From: the human T2T-CHM13v2.0 reference genome, Homo sapiens
Strand: one strand, 5' to 3'
Length of the DNA: 64,000 nucleotides
NCBI RefSeq assembly: GCF_009914755.1
Contig: NC_060947.1
Shown here piece after piece: positions 1-14,465 of the stretch. The notes below the pieces were generated by a model. The model saw nothing but the letters and a program-made list of their open reading frames with translations, searched no databases and was not told the origin of the DNA. The first letter of the stretch is position 1; each line of letters begins with the position of its first letter. The position numbers and the translations under genes are program-made.

Positions 1-250
1 GTAAAGAGCTACCTACAATGATACTAGATTTTGCCAATCTGGAAATGCCAATTTCTGAGGAAAATGGTCAAGAATTAACAGCTGTATCAAAACATAAAAA
101 CAAAATACTATACAACCTTCAAAATCAGCCACATGGAAGAGAAATCAGAGGGCAAATTCTTCATCATAGGTACATCCCAAACTAAGTTTTCATAGGTTTT
201 TCCCCTCTAGCTTCTAAGAGGCATTTATCTTTCTTTTAGGCTAGTTGAGT

Positions 251-251
<1 letters not shown>

Positions 252-297
<46 letters not shown>
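252..297. repeat. (CA)n microsatellite
   Basis: Uninterrupted run of about 23 CA units. Confidence 0.97.
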
Positions 298-299
<2 letters not shown>

Positions 300-1576
300 G
301 TCAAATTCCAACCCAAATACTCAAATATTGAGTATTTCTGAAGTCTTTATCTGCTACCTAAGCAAATAAAACTGGGTATGATACATCTCTATTATTTCCA
401 AGAAAAAGGCACTTAAATATTCTAGACATGTCCTAGACATAGAGTGAAATGTTAAAACAATGTATGAGGTTGAAGAATCACCTTGGATTTAAAAAGGGCA
501 GTAAGCAACACAGTGTGCATGAGTAGAAGGGAGTAACTGAAATCAGGACCATTTTACTCTTTTCAGTAAATCATAAGACTTTTTTCTTTTAATGTATCAG
601 GCACAGCAGGCTCAGCCAACATTGAATTAAAAGTTTAACAATCTTTTTAAGACCTATACAAAGCAATGATGTCTTTCTAATTACTCTAAGCCACTACTCT
701 GAAGGCACCACCAATAAAATCATATCTATTAAAACCATCAATACAGATGCCACTTTTCCTCAGCTAATTCTAGGTGAAGAAACGTGACTCTTAAAAAAAA
801 AAATCCATCACTACCACCATGACCAACAAAAAACCCCAAACAGTAACAATATCATCTATAGTCATACTCTTCTGAGAAATGTCAATACTTCTTGAACTTC
901 ACAGAAAACACCACAACCTTCAATGTCTTCTTTCTCCATTTCATTTTCTCTTCTATTCTGGAATTTAAAAATAACATAAAAGAAAACCCTGACACAAGGA
1001 TCCCAGTTTAGCCATCTGCCAATAGATCATAAGGCCTTCTGAAGTTTTAGGCTACATAGCAGCCACAGGTAGCTCCAGATGGTCTAAAAAACTTGGGGAC
1101 ACTGGCTGCATGTGCTCTGCCTACGCTTTCTAGTAAGAATCCCCAATATCCTACAACTGGGAGGAGAAAAGAGGCCTTGGAATTAGTACTTTCCAGAGCA
1201 AGAGAAGAAAACTACTTTAAGAAACTAAGGCCCTCCAGCTGAAACAAATCTCCCATATTGGTTGGTTGGTGGTTGGTGATTCATTTATTTTTTTTTTATT
1301 TCTGAGATTTTGATGCACCCATCACCCAAGCAGTGTACACTGTACCCAATGTGTTTTATTCCTCACCCCCTCCCACACTTTCCCTTGAGTCCCCAAAGTC
1401 CAATATATCATTCTTATGCCTTTGCATTCTCATACCTTAGCTCCCACTTATGAGAACATACAATGTTTGGTTTTCCATTCCTGAGTTACTTCACTTAGAA
1501 TAGCAGTCTCCAATTCCATCAAGGTTGCTGCAAATGCCATTATTTCATTCCTTTTTATGGCTGAGTAGTATTCCAT

Positions 1577-1810
1577 TATATATATATGTATGTATATATA
1601 TGTGTATATATGTGTGTGTATATATGTATATGTATGTGAATATATGTATATATATACGTATATATGTATATGTATGTGAATATATGTATATATATACATA
1701 TATATGTATATGTATGTGTATATATGTATATATACATGTATGTGTATATATATGTATATATACATGTATATGTATATATGTATGTATATATATGTGTGTG
1801 TGTATATATA
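1577..1810. repeat. Compound (TA)/(TG) low-complexity repeat inside L1
   Basis: About 230 bp of tatatatg/tatgtg units. Confidence 0.95.
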
Positions 1811-2005
1811 CGCAAACACACCCCACATTTTCTTTATCCACTCATTGATTGATGGGCATTTGGGCTAGTTCCATATTTTTGCAATTGCAAATTGTGCTGC
1901 TATAAACGTGTGTGCAAGTATCTTTTTCGTATAATGACTTCTTTTCCTTTGGGTAGATACCTAGTAGTGGGACTGCTGGATCAAACGGTAGATCTACTTT
2001 TAGTT

Positions 2006-2164
2006 CTGACCTTCCTCTCCCAAGACCCAGACCCATTCAACCTCTATTCCAATTGTTGAGAACTAGAAATGACATTTTTCATCTGTCCCTTTGAAGAATG
2101 CAGTTGCTATCCTGGAAAAAAAAAAAAAGGCACGTTATCTGAGGGTGGAAAATCTATTTAGATG
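2006..2164 (+). repeat. Direct copy of 3261-3419
   Basis: Manual ungapped alignment over 159 bp gives about 18 mismatches. Confidence 0.93.
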
Positions 2165-3170
2165 TTAAGGAATCACCATACTGTTTTCCATAGTGGTTGT
2201 ACTAATTTACATTCCCACCAACAGTGTAAGAGTGTTCCCTTTTCACCAAATCCATGCCAACATCTTTTTTTTTTTATTTTTTGATTTATGGCCATTCTTG
2301 CAGGAGTGAGGTGGTATTGCATTGTGGTTTTGATTTGCATTTCCCTGATCATTAGTGATGTTGAGCATTTTTTCATATGCTTGCTGGCCATTTGTATTTC
2401 TTCTTTGGAGAATTGTCTATTCATGTCCTTAGTCCACTTTTTGATGGTGACTGGTTATTTTAATGCAATGCTGGTGAGTCAGTATGAAGTGACTCATAAT
2501 ACAAATAAATGTTGGGAAGAGTAAATAGAACCTATCAACACCAAACAATATTTTGAAAGTAACATTTATACAGTGGTCATTTAAAGATAAAATGTTTTAA
2601 AACTTAAAACCAGCATAAACACCACTGTATAATAAAATTTTCCACTGGTAACATTTGCTTCATAGCAGCTTCTTAATATTAATCTCATATTTTTCATACA
2701 GTACTTCAAGGCCATTCATAGCCTTAAAGAGTATTATGCCTAATATTTCACTAATTGACCTAATGCTATGGCCCAGGAAAAAGCAATGATTGCACTGAGA
2801 GAAGTTGACTTATTCAAAAGACTGAGGGAATGATCATAAATAATTTCCCAGTAGAGACTGGCAAAATCGGTGGGGAAAAACATGCTTTCAAGTTTGACAG
2901 CTCTGTAGAACTTTGCATAATTACTTCCTTGTTGGCATACCTTTTATTAATAAACAATAGCTTATTAACTATTTAGGTTTATTCAAATGCTTAATAAACT
3001 ACTTTACCTCACTATAATTCATCAAATAGAGCCCAAGTACCCTTCAAATTTTCATTTTGGAAAGGGCCTGCATTCTAAAGAGGGTTCATTGTACTATATC
3101 CTCTTCCTACTAGCTCTGTTATTATCCAATTTCTCAGTTATCTTTTTCTCCTTATCATGTGAATGTGCAT

Positions 3171-3207
3171 GCGTGTGTGTGTGTGTGTGTGTGTATGTGT
3201 GTGTGTG
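3171..3207. repeat. (TG)n microsatellite
   Basis: TG run with one interruption. Confidence 0.95.
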
Positions 3208-3260
3208 TTTTAAATTCCACTCTATGCTCTGCCTGCCCTTCCCCAACCCCAAGGACCATA

Positions 3261-3419
3261 CTGACCTTCCACTCCCAAGACCCAGACCCATTCAACCCCT
3301 ATTCTAATTGTTGAAAACTAGAAATTACATTTTTGATCTTTGCCTTTGAAGAATGCACTGGCTATGCTGGGGAAAAAAAAAACAGCACATTATTTGAAGG
3401 TGGAAAATCTATTTAGATG
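3261..3419 (+). repeat. Donor of the 2006-2164 copy
   Basis: Same sequence (ctgaccttcc...atctatttagatg), continuous with its own flanks. Confidence 0.9.
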
Positions 3420-3847
3420 CTTACATCCTTACTTCTTACTAAAAAACAAAATAAATTTCAGATGAACTAAAGAGTTAAATGTATGAATCAAAAGAAAGAC
3501 AGAAAAATGTAGGTGAATTTTCACATAACTCTCAAGAAGGGAAGGACTTTCTAAGCATGGAAACAATCACAACAAAGAAAAAGACTGATTAGATTTTGAC
3601 CATGGTAGAAGCACTCTTAATTGACCCCACTTAACAAATTTCACAGACTGATCCATTCTCCATTCCCTCTGTAGAAACCTAATGAATGCCTGCTGCATGC
3701 TGACTGCTCAATGCTGACAGGGTACTGTGTAGTACATATGAGCCCATGAACCCCACAAATTAAGTTGTCTACATACCAAGAGCTATTTGTATTTGTTCCT
3801 AAATGTGTACCTCTTTATGTTGGTTGTGTAGGTGTTACTATAATTTC

Positions 3848-4144
<297 letters not shown>

Positions 4145-4810
4145 TATAATTCTTAATTATATGTTACATATATGTTACAGCAATTGAATGTGACTACAAA
4201 AGAGAAGAACTGGCTTCAAAGACCAGATAAAGGAGATACTGAATTAAATGTGGGTGACAAAACTGCAAAAGACTGGGTGGGGGGGCGGGGGGAGCAAGGA
4301 TCTATAAAATATCCAAAAGGATTTTGCACTCAGATTACAGCTCATTAAGTCATTACCCCATTTTAAATAAATCAAAACTGGACATCGTTGATGATGCATT
4401 TTGGATGAGATATATAAAAGAAATATAGAGCAGGTTTCGAATCAATTAGACTTATTCAAAGAAAAGGGTCACACAATATCAAAGGATTAGCTACTTAATG
4501 TATATTTTGTCTTCAAGTTAAAATATTGAAGAGATATCTGTAGACTTTTTTTATACTCCTCCCTCTTTAGCAGACCAGTTGTAATATCCAATCATATCGA
4601 ACAAAGAGGCTTCTTCTGTATGATTTTTAGTTTCTGCACATCCAAACTCATCAGGAACAAAATGAAAAATTTTAAAAATATATAAAAGACAATAATAGAT
4701 AAATATCTTTGATATATAAAGTTTACATAAATTAGCAAGAAAAACATTAGGCAACTAAGAGCAAAATGGGGGAAAAACAAATGGCCAATTTATAGAAAGA
4801 ATTTTTTTTA

Positions 4811-5207
<397 letters not shown>

Positions 5208-5279
5208 TCAATAAAACTTGAGCAACTAGCACATCTGATGTCGCCAAATATACAATGCAACAGATAAGGATGCTGCTGA

Positions 5280-5704
<425 letters not shown>

Positions 5705-6089
5705 TAAAAAAAATCTGAAATCTGAATACAGTTTTGGCAGTACGATCCACCTCAAAGTGTTATTTATAACATTTAAAAAATTGTGGGGTGACCTTTATTT
5801 AACAAGAATTACTGTGTCAGGCACTGAGGATGAAGTAGTAAACAAAGCAGTCCCAGGCCTCATTCAGGTTAGAGCCTGTTGGGAAAGGCAAATTACACCA
5901 GTGATTATCTGAAGTCCAACAACAGGGGAAATTACCAAATCAATTATGAGACATTCAAATGATGAGAGCCAGTAGAAATTAGTTATAATGAGTTATCAAG
6001 AACATGAGAAAATATTTATACTAAATGAAAAGCCACAAAACTATAAACAGCTATAAAAACACATTGAAAACCTAAGGCAGAGGTGGGGG

Positions 6090-7320
6090 GCAGGACTTCT
6101 GGAATGGCGGAGTGAGGACCTCAGCTACTAATGATCCTAGGTAAGACCAGCAGGGTCTGTGACATTTTAATTTGGGTCCGCTTCTACCACAATTCGCTGG
6201 CCTTGTAGCTTTGTGGACAGTTCCACTGAAGGAAGCTGACTTGATATGGAGCTCCAAGAGAAAGCCCCATGGCCAGGGGCACTGTCAAAAACAATAGCAA
6301 TCATTAGAAACAATCACAGCTGCTTAAGTCTGCAATACTGGTTGAGGTAAGCAAGACACTAGCCAACATGTAAAAGGTAGATGTGGGGAATGAGACAGCC
6401 ATAGAAAGCTTAAAGCTCTGACATACTTGGGGGTTCTGGAAGGTTGTATCCATTTGGAGGGCTCTGTGCATGTATGCATGTTCAAGAGAGACCAGAAAGA
6501 TTCCCAATTATCTACTGCTCCTGGCTGACTGTGAGGCCCTACACAAGCAGAAAGTGAAAGCCAAGGCAGACTTTTAAACTGCCTGAACTTTCAACGTATG
6601 CCCCAACCCACACAGAGATTCCTTCAGCAAAAGATGGAAGGCTTATTGGCTCAAAGTGTTTAAGGAAAACTTGTGGCCAACCATTGGATGACCAAGGGGA
6701 AAACCCTAGGAAGCCAGGCTTAAAAATAAAAACAAGAATTTAAAACAAAACAAAAAATCCTAGCACAAACTTCAGTGGCCACACATTTCAGCAAAGACAG
6801 CCTCTGTAGAATTAGTCCAGGCAAGTCATTAAGCAATGGAAAAACAAAAGTAAAAACAATAACCACTACCTGAGTGGATCAGAATCCAGAGTTGCTACAA
6901 TATATTATCTAAAATGTTCAGTTATCAACAACAGAAAAATTATGAGACATTCAAAGAAACAGGAAAAGATGGCCCATACAGAAGAAAAAAAGCAGCCAAT
7001 AGAAACTTCCTGAGGGGGCTCAGCTGTTAGACTTAGTAAAGACTTTAAATTAGCTATTATAAATATATTCAAAGAATTAAAGGAAACTATACTTAAAGAA
7101 GTTTTTTAAAGTATGAGGATAATGACTTACCAAATAGAGAACATCAATAAAGAAAAAGAATTCTTAAAAAAAATAGAAACTGAGGAGTTGAAAAGTACTA
7201 TAATTGACAAAAAATTCACTAGAAGGACTCAACAGCAAGTTTAAGTTGACAGTAGAAAAAAATCAGCAAACTTGAAGCTAGGTCAATAGAGACTATCCAG
7301 TATGAAAACCAGAAAGAAAA
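6090..7320 (+). mobile_element. Old L1M 5' UTR and ORF1 fragment
   Basis: Begins with a typical L1 start (gacttctggaatggcg). A-rich ORF1-like text from ~6900 (aaacaggaaaagatggcccata...gaaaaaatcagcaaacttgaag). Confidence 0.75.
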
Positions 7321-8489
7321 CCTGTAAGATAAGACAGCAAAAGATTGATAATATATAGTTAGATTACTAATTTTTGTTATTCATAATTAAAAAAATTTCA
7401 ACGAGTAATCCATTTATTCTTTTCAATAAACAGTGACTTAAGGCCCAGCATGTGCTAAGCACTGGATGCAGCAGTGAGTAACAGAAATGTAGTCCAGGCT
7501 GTCATGGAGCATATAGAAAAAAGAGAATGCAAGAAGAAACCACCCAAATATTAAAAAAAAAAAAAAAAAAAAAAGCAAATTAGTGAAGGTTGGGGTGGGA
7601 GGTAGAGAAAGGAGGTGAAAAGCAGACCCAGAGCAATTCCAAGTTCAAAGTCATTCAGAATTCAATAGGGAGCTTCAAAGAGGGAAAAACCTGTAAATAT
7701 TAATAGATAAAAGTGGGGGCAGGGATGCTGGTGCTTAGATCGAATACCTCCCAGGTAAATAAACTGAAAAAGAATTAATCAGAAAGCGCTTAGCATTTAA
7801 AGCAAGGTAATGACAAGGTTTCTAGCAGTACTGACTTTAAGTGGAATTTCTAATGGTATATGTGAATTATCTAATTTATGTACATTGGTTTTCATTTAGA
7901 TTTTTGTTTCTAAGCAGCATCAGTGAATCTTTGAAATGGTATATCCCACTTCTCTATCCTATTGCTCCTAGTTATGCTAGGCAGAATAGTATACATACCA
8001 GGCTCATTAGGAAAGGCAGACATGGTATCTAGAAGGCACAAAACTACCTTTCTAGAACCTCAACAACTTAGTGCTAGAAATACACCCAACTTACTCTTAC
8101 TTTGCACATTCATTTGAATAGCTCTTAAAGCCAAATACTTTACCAACGAGGAAATCAAGAAAGAATGATCCATTCTTTTCCTTCACGAGACGCACTGTGG
8201 ATAAAAATAAGCAAGAATCGAGGAAAGAGGAGAGCTTCCGAACTTATCTGTAAGAGAGACTTCACTGTTTTATTTGAAATTATTTCTCAAGTCAGAGAAA
8301 TCTATAATTGAAAATAAAGGTATGTTCATTTATTTAATAATCCTACTATACTCCAGGCATTATACAAATGCTGGAGCTATTAAATACCCTGGTTCCTGCC
8401 CTTGACAAGCTCTTATTCTAATGGTGGAAACAGTCTAAGAAACAGAAGTCCAAGAAAAAGAGAAGGTGTCAAGGGAGGGAGGCGCTTTT

Positions 8490-9520
8490 GTTTAAACATA
8501 ACTGATCAGATACAAGCATTTATCTAACTCCCTCTACAAATCAAAAGACTGAAGAATTAGAAAAGATATAAACCAACAAGATGAAGAGCGTGGGGAGATG
8601 ATGACAGCAAAGGAGATAGGCCCACAAAATTTAAAATGAAAAGCATTTGGAAAAGAGGTAACTGACTTGATTGTATCTTTCTTCTTTGTGCCAAGTACCT
8701 GCAGTGGGGGAATCTAAATTGAGGCAAGTAAGCCAGTTCACTCCTGAGTGCCCTGGAAGAACAGAAGGTAAAAGCTCAGGAATTGCAGCTTATGGGCACA
8801 TTTGAAGAAAATAATCCTTTTTTTTAAAGCAAGTGGTGGGGGGATGCTGAAAAATTGTTTAAAAAAGAGAAGTAAGATTTTCACATACTCTCACTCCAAC
8901 CAGAGCATCTGGCAACTGCCTTTTCTCCACATAGCAGAGGGCTTAAGTTACTCTCTGGAGAGGTTGAATCAGAGCCCCTGAACTCAGGAACACCAGCCAT
9001 AACTGAGAACAAAAATGGGATGCCTTACTGAAAACAAGGGTTAAATAAGTCTTTGCAGCCAATGATTAAGGATCCAGCCCTAGACATGAGCTTATTACTC
9101 CCAAACTCCCTCCCACAAAAGATTCAATTTAGAAATCCTATTTAGAAAAGCTGACTGGCTTAAGAAAAAAGAACTGATAGGCTCCCCATAAATAGCCAGG
9201 TTTCCCTCAATCACACCACATGAGGTCCATCACTGAACAAGCCACAGTCATGAACACAGTTTCCAATAAACTTTTCCTTAATAGCAACAAACAGCTGAAG
9301 ATGCTTGAGAAACACCTCTAACATGAAAGACAGACAAGTACCAAAGCTAAAAAACAGGAAAAAAGAAAATAAGAGAAAACAGATAATATAGGGAAAAGAC
9401 AATGTTAATTATAATTCCATTTCCCTCTCTTTCTCTTGGAGGACATTAGACATAGCATATAAGAAACAAAATCTTGAAGCTATATACAAGAAGAGAGAAC
9501 AAAAAAACCTCTTAGAAATG
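8490..9520 (+). mobile_element. HAL1/L1ME-like 5' fragment (appears to resume at ~15615-15700)
   Basis: Diverged A-rich LINE-like text. The segment at 15620-15697 resembles HAL1. Confidence 0.45.
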
Positions 9521-9602
9521 AATTATATATTTTTGATTCTATTGTAGATCAGACTTTCTTGATTTCTTTCTCAGTTCATTGCTAGTGCATACAAATGCTA
9601 TT

Positions 9603-9900
9603 GTTTTTAATTTTTAATTTTTATGGGTACGTAGGTGTAGAGATTTATAGGGTATGTGAGATATTTTGATAGAGGCACAATAATCACATCAGGGTAAATG
9701 GGATATCCATTACCTCAAGCACTTATCATTTCTGTGTGTTACAAATATTCCAATTATACTCTTCTAGTTATTTTCAAATGTACAATAAATTATTGTTGAC
9801 TGTAATCACCCTGTTGTGCTATCAAACACTAGATTTTATTCATTCTATCTAACTATATTTTGGTGACCATTAACCATCCCTACTCCCTCCTCCCCCACTA
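9603..9900 (-). mobile_element. L1MA-type 3' end nested in the older L1
   Basis: L1MA 3' UTR text. The host L1 rejoins across ctatt...ctatt. Confidence 0.75.
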
Positions 9901-12900
9901 TTAATTTTTGTAGGTTGACTCTGTATCTGCCACTTTAGTGAATTTGCTTATTAGTTTTAACAGGTTTTTTTGGTGGAGTTTTAAGAGTTTTTGATATATA
10001 ATTTTAAGTCATCTGCAAACCGAAAATTTTATTTCTTCCTTTCTGATTTGGATGCATTTTTCTTGTGTACTCTGGCTAGGACAGACTTCCCATATTATCC
10101 CGACTATAAGTGGTGAGAGTGGATATCCTTGTCTTCCTAATCTTAGAAAAAAGGCTTTCAGCTTTTCAGTATTGAGTGTTGATGTTAGCTGTGGGCCTGT
10201 CATATACAGCCTTTATTGTGTTAAGGTATGTTCTTTCTACACCTAATTTCTTGAGAGTTTTATCATGAAAAGATTTTGAATTTTGTCAAACATATTTTCT
10301 GCATCTATTGAGATGATCATATGGTTTTTGTACTTTATTCTGTTAATGTGATTTATCAATTTGTATATGTTGAACCATCCTTGCATTCCAGGGATAAATC
10401 TTCTTTGATCATGCTGTATAGTCCCTTTTTTTCTCCCATTCATGCTGTCAGAAATTTATTAAAAAGCAAATGAAGTGTGATAATAGTTTTTAAGTGAATT
10501 TGACAGGTAATGAAGAAAAAAGGTAAAGTCATGTAGTTGATGAATTAAACACTTAGAAATTATAAAATTACTCATTTCAGAGCTCAAAGGGACTTTAGAA
10601 ACTAATGGAGCCAACCTTCCCATTTTCCCATTGAAAAAAACCTAAAGACCAGAGAAGTAAATTTATTTTGTTAAGGTCACACAGTAATATTTTGAGCTTC
10701 CTGTACACTAAGAGGTAGTGATGATCAAGAAGAAACCAACCATAGAGAAAAGAGTCTCTTCAGATATATCTGTTGTACCAAGCATGCATGATTTTAATAT
10801 GCAGTTGAATTCGGCTTGCTAGTATTTTGTTGAGGACTTTGGCATCTATATCCATCAGGAATTTTTTTCTTGTATTTTCTGTAATTTTCTTTTCTTGTAC
10901 TGTCCTTGTCTAGCTTTAGCATCAGGGTAATGCTGGCTTCATAAAATGAGTTTGGAAGTATTCCCTCTTCAATTTTTTGGAAGAGTTTAAAATGGACTGG
11001 CATTAATTCCTCTTTACAGGTTTGACAGAATTTGCCACTGATGCCATAGGTTCTGGGAGTTTCTTTTGGGGGAGGTTTTTGATTACTAAGTCAATCTCCT
11101 TTCTCATTATAGGTCTGTTCAGATTTTCTATTTCTTCATGATCCAGTCTTGATAGGCTGTATTTTTAGTAATTTGTCAATTTCTTCTAGGCTATCAAATT
11201 TGTTGGTATATAATTGTTTATAGTAGTCTCTTATAAACCTTTGTATCTCTTTAAGTTGCAATGTCTCTTTTATTTATAATTTTGAGTCTTCTCTTTTTCT
11301 CAGTCTAGCTAAAGATTTGTTGATTTTACTTTTCAAAAAACCAACTCAGTTCTGTTGATAACTTCTATTGTTTTTCTAGTCTCTATTTCATTTATTTCTG
11401 CATTGATCTTTATTATTTCCTTCCTTTTTTGGCCTCGAGCTTAGTTTGTTCTTTTTCTAGTTCCTCAAGGTGTAAAGTTAGGTTGTCTATTTGAGATCTT
11501 TCTTTTTTCTTCATGTATTGCTATTTATCATTATAAGCTTCTCTCTTCGAACTGCTTTCATGGCATCCCATAAGTTTTGGTATGTTGTGTTTCCATTTTC
11601 ATTTGCCTCAAGATTTTATTTTCCTTACAATTTCTTCTTTGATCCACTGGTTGTTCAGGAGTGTGTTGTCTACTTTCCACATATTTAGGAATTTTCCGTT
11701 TTCTTTTGATTTCTAGTTTCATACCACTGTGGTCAGAAAAAAACACTTGGTATGATTTCAATCTTCTTAAATTTGTTAAGACTTGTTTTGTAGCCTAACA
11801 TATCATCTATCCTAGAGACTGGTCCATGCACACTTGAAAAGAACATCGTATTCTGCTACTGTTGGATAAGATATTCTGCAGATGACTCTTAGATCCATTT
11901 GGCCTACAGTGTAGTACAAATCTGCTATTTCCTTATTGATTTTCTGTGCATTGTTGAAAGTGGGGTATTAAAATCTGCTAGTATTATTGTATTGCTATCT
12001 ACTTCTCTCTTCACTTCTATTAATATTTGCTTTATATATGTAAATGTTCTGATGTTGGGTGCATATATATTTTATAATTGTTGTATCGTCTGGATGAATT
12101 GACCCCTTATCATTATAAAATTATCCTTTTTGTCTCTTGTGACAGTTTTTGACTTAATAGTCTATCTTGTTTTATATAAATATAGCCACCTCTATTTCTT
12201 TTGGTTACCATTTGCACAGAATATCTTTTTCCACTTCACTTCCAGCCTATGTGTGTCCTTAAAACTAAAGTGAGTTTCTTGTAGGTAGCATATGGTTGAG
12301 TCTTATTTCTTTTTATCCAGTCATTCATTCTGTGTCTTCTGATTGAAGAATTTAAGCCATTTAAAGTAATTATTGATGGGTAAAAACTCACTACTGATAC
12401 CTTGTTTTCTGTTTTGTAGTTCCTTTGTTCCACTCTTCCTCTCTTGTCCCTTCCTTTCTGATTTGATGATTTCTCTGTAAGAGAATGCTTTGATTCCTTT
12501 ATCTTTTGTGAATCTACTACAGATTTTTTCTTTGTGCCATGAGGTGTACATAAACCATCTTATAATTATAAAATATCTTACATTGATAACTTCAACCACA
12601 TATAAAAGTACGACACTTTTTCTCCTCTGCCCCACTATTATTGATGTCACAATTTACAGCTTGTATATATTGCATATCAACAAATTATTGCAACTATAGT
12701 CATTTTTAATATTTGTCTTTAACTTTTATAATAGAATTAAGAGAGATTTATGCACCATCATTACAGCATTAGAGTATTTTGAATTTAACTATATTCTTAC
12801 TTTTATAGTGAGTTTTACACTTTCATATGTTTTCGTGTTGTTAGAGTCCTTTTGTTTCAACTTGAAGAACTCCCTTTAGCATTTCTTGTAAAGTAGGTCT

Positions 12901-13668
12901 AGTGGGACATGAACTCCCACAGGGAAGTCTTTATCTCTACTTCATTTCTGAAAAACAGCCTTTCCAGGTATATAATACATGGTTGGCAGGTTTTTTGTTT
13001 TGTTTTTTTTTTTTTTCTTTCAGCGCTTTGAATATATCATCCCATTCTCTCCTGGCCTGGAAAGTTTCTGCTGAGAAATCCACTGATAGTCTTATAGAGG
13101 TTTCCTTGTAGGTGATGGTTTGCTTTTCTCTTGATGCTTTTGAAATTATCTTTGACTTTTGAGAATTTGATTATAAAGTGTCTCAGTGAAGATCTCTTTA
13201 ATCTAGTTGGAGGTTCTTTGGACTTCATGGATCTGGATGTTCATTCATGTCTCCAGATTTGGGACATTTTCTGTCATTATTTCTTTAAGCTGTCTTCCCC
13301 TTTTTCTTTCTCTGCTTCATCTGGAAATCTCATATGCATTTATTGCTTTGTTTGATGGTACCTCATAACTCCCATAGGCTGTCTTCACTCTTTTTCATTT
13401 AGTTGTCTTTTTCTTCCTCTAACTGGGTAGTTTCAAATGACCATCTTTGAGCTCACTAATTTTTTCTTCTACTTCAAGTCTACTATTGAAGCTTTCTGTG
13501 GAATTTTTCAGTTCAGACACTGTGTTCTTCAGCTCTAGAATTTCTGTTTGGTTCTTTTTTTTTTTTTTTTTGAGGTTTCCTTGTTGAACTTCTCATATTG
13601 TTTGTGTATTATTTTCCTGATTTTGTTGTCCATCTATATTCTCTTTTAACTCACTGAACTTCTTTTAA

Positions 13669-14001
<333 letters not shown>

Positions 14002-14155
14002 TGAATTCTTTATCAGTCAATTCATAGATGTCCATTTCTTTATGACTGGTTACCGGTGCTTCATTTTGTTCCTCTGGTGATGTCATGTTTCCCTGATTAT
14101 CGGTGATCCTTGCAGTTTTGCATTAGTGTCTGCACATTTTACAAAGCAGGCACTT

Positions 14156-14465
14156 GGCTGGGCATGGTGGTTCACGCCTGTAATCCCAGCACTTCAGAGG
14201 CCAAGGCGGGTGGGTTGCTTGAGGACCAGCTTGGGCAACTTGAAGAAACCTTGTCTCTACAAAAAATACAAATATTAGCCAGGCCTGTTGGCACTTGCCT
14301 GTGGTCCCAGCTACTCAGGAGGCTGAGGCAGTAGGATTGGCTGAGGCAGTGGTATTGCTTGAGCCTGAGAGGTCAAGGCTGCAGTGAGCTGTGATCACTC
14401 CACTATACTCCAGCCTGGGCAACAGAGTGAGACCCTGTCTCAGAAAAAAAAAAAAAAAGAAGAAG
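14156..14465 (+). mobile_element. AluJ with small internal duplication
   Basis: Dimeric Alu with TSD aag(c/t)aggcactt. ggctgaggcagt occurs twice in tandem at ~14321-14350. Confidence 0.92.

Larger units (their letters stand above)
1283..2447 (-). mobile_element. L1PB-type 3' end fragment, interrupted by a microsatellite and a ~160-bp insert
   Basis: Starts with poly-T and L1 3' UTR text. Minus-strand ORFs give ORF2 C-terminal motifs ([18 protein letters not shown]; [16 protein letters not shown]). Confidence 0.92.

Noticed and set aside
1448-1852. Y/I/H/T/M/C-rich ORFs (126, 107, 98 aa etc.)
   Set aside because: Translations of the TA/TG microsatellite plus L1 remnants.
10009-13355. Endonuclease/reverse-transcriptase-like ORF fragments
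   Set aside because: Frameshifted, stop-ridden L1 relic, not an active element or a new RT system.
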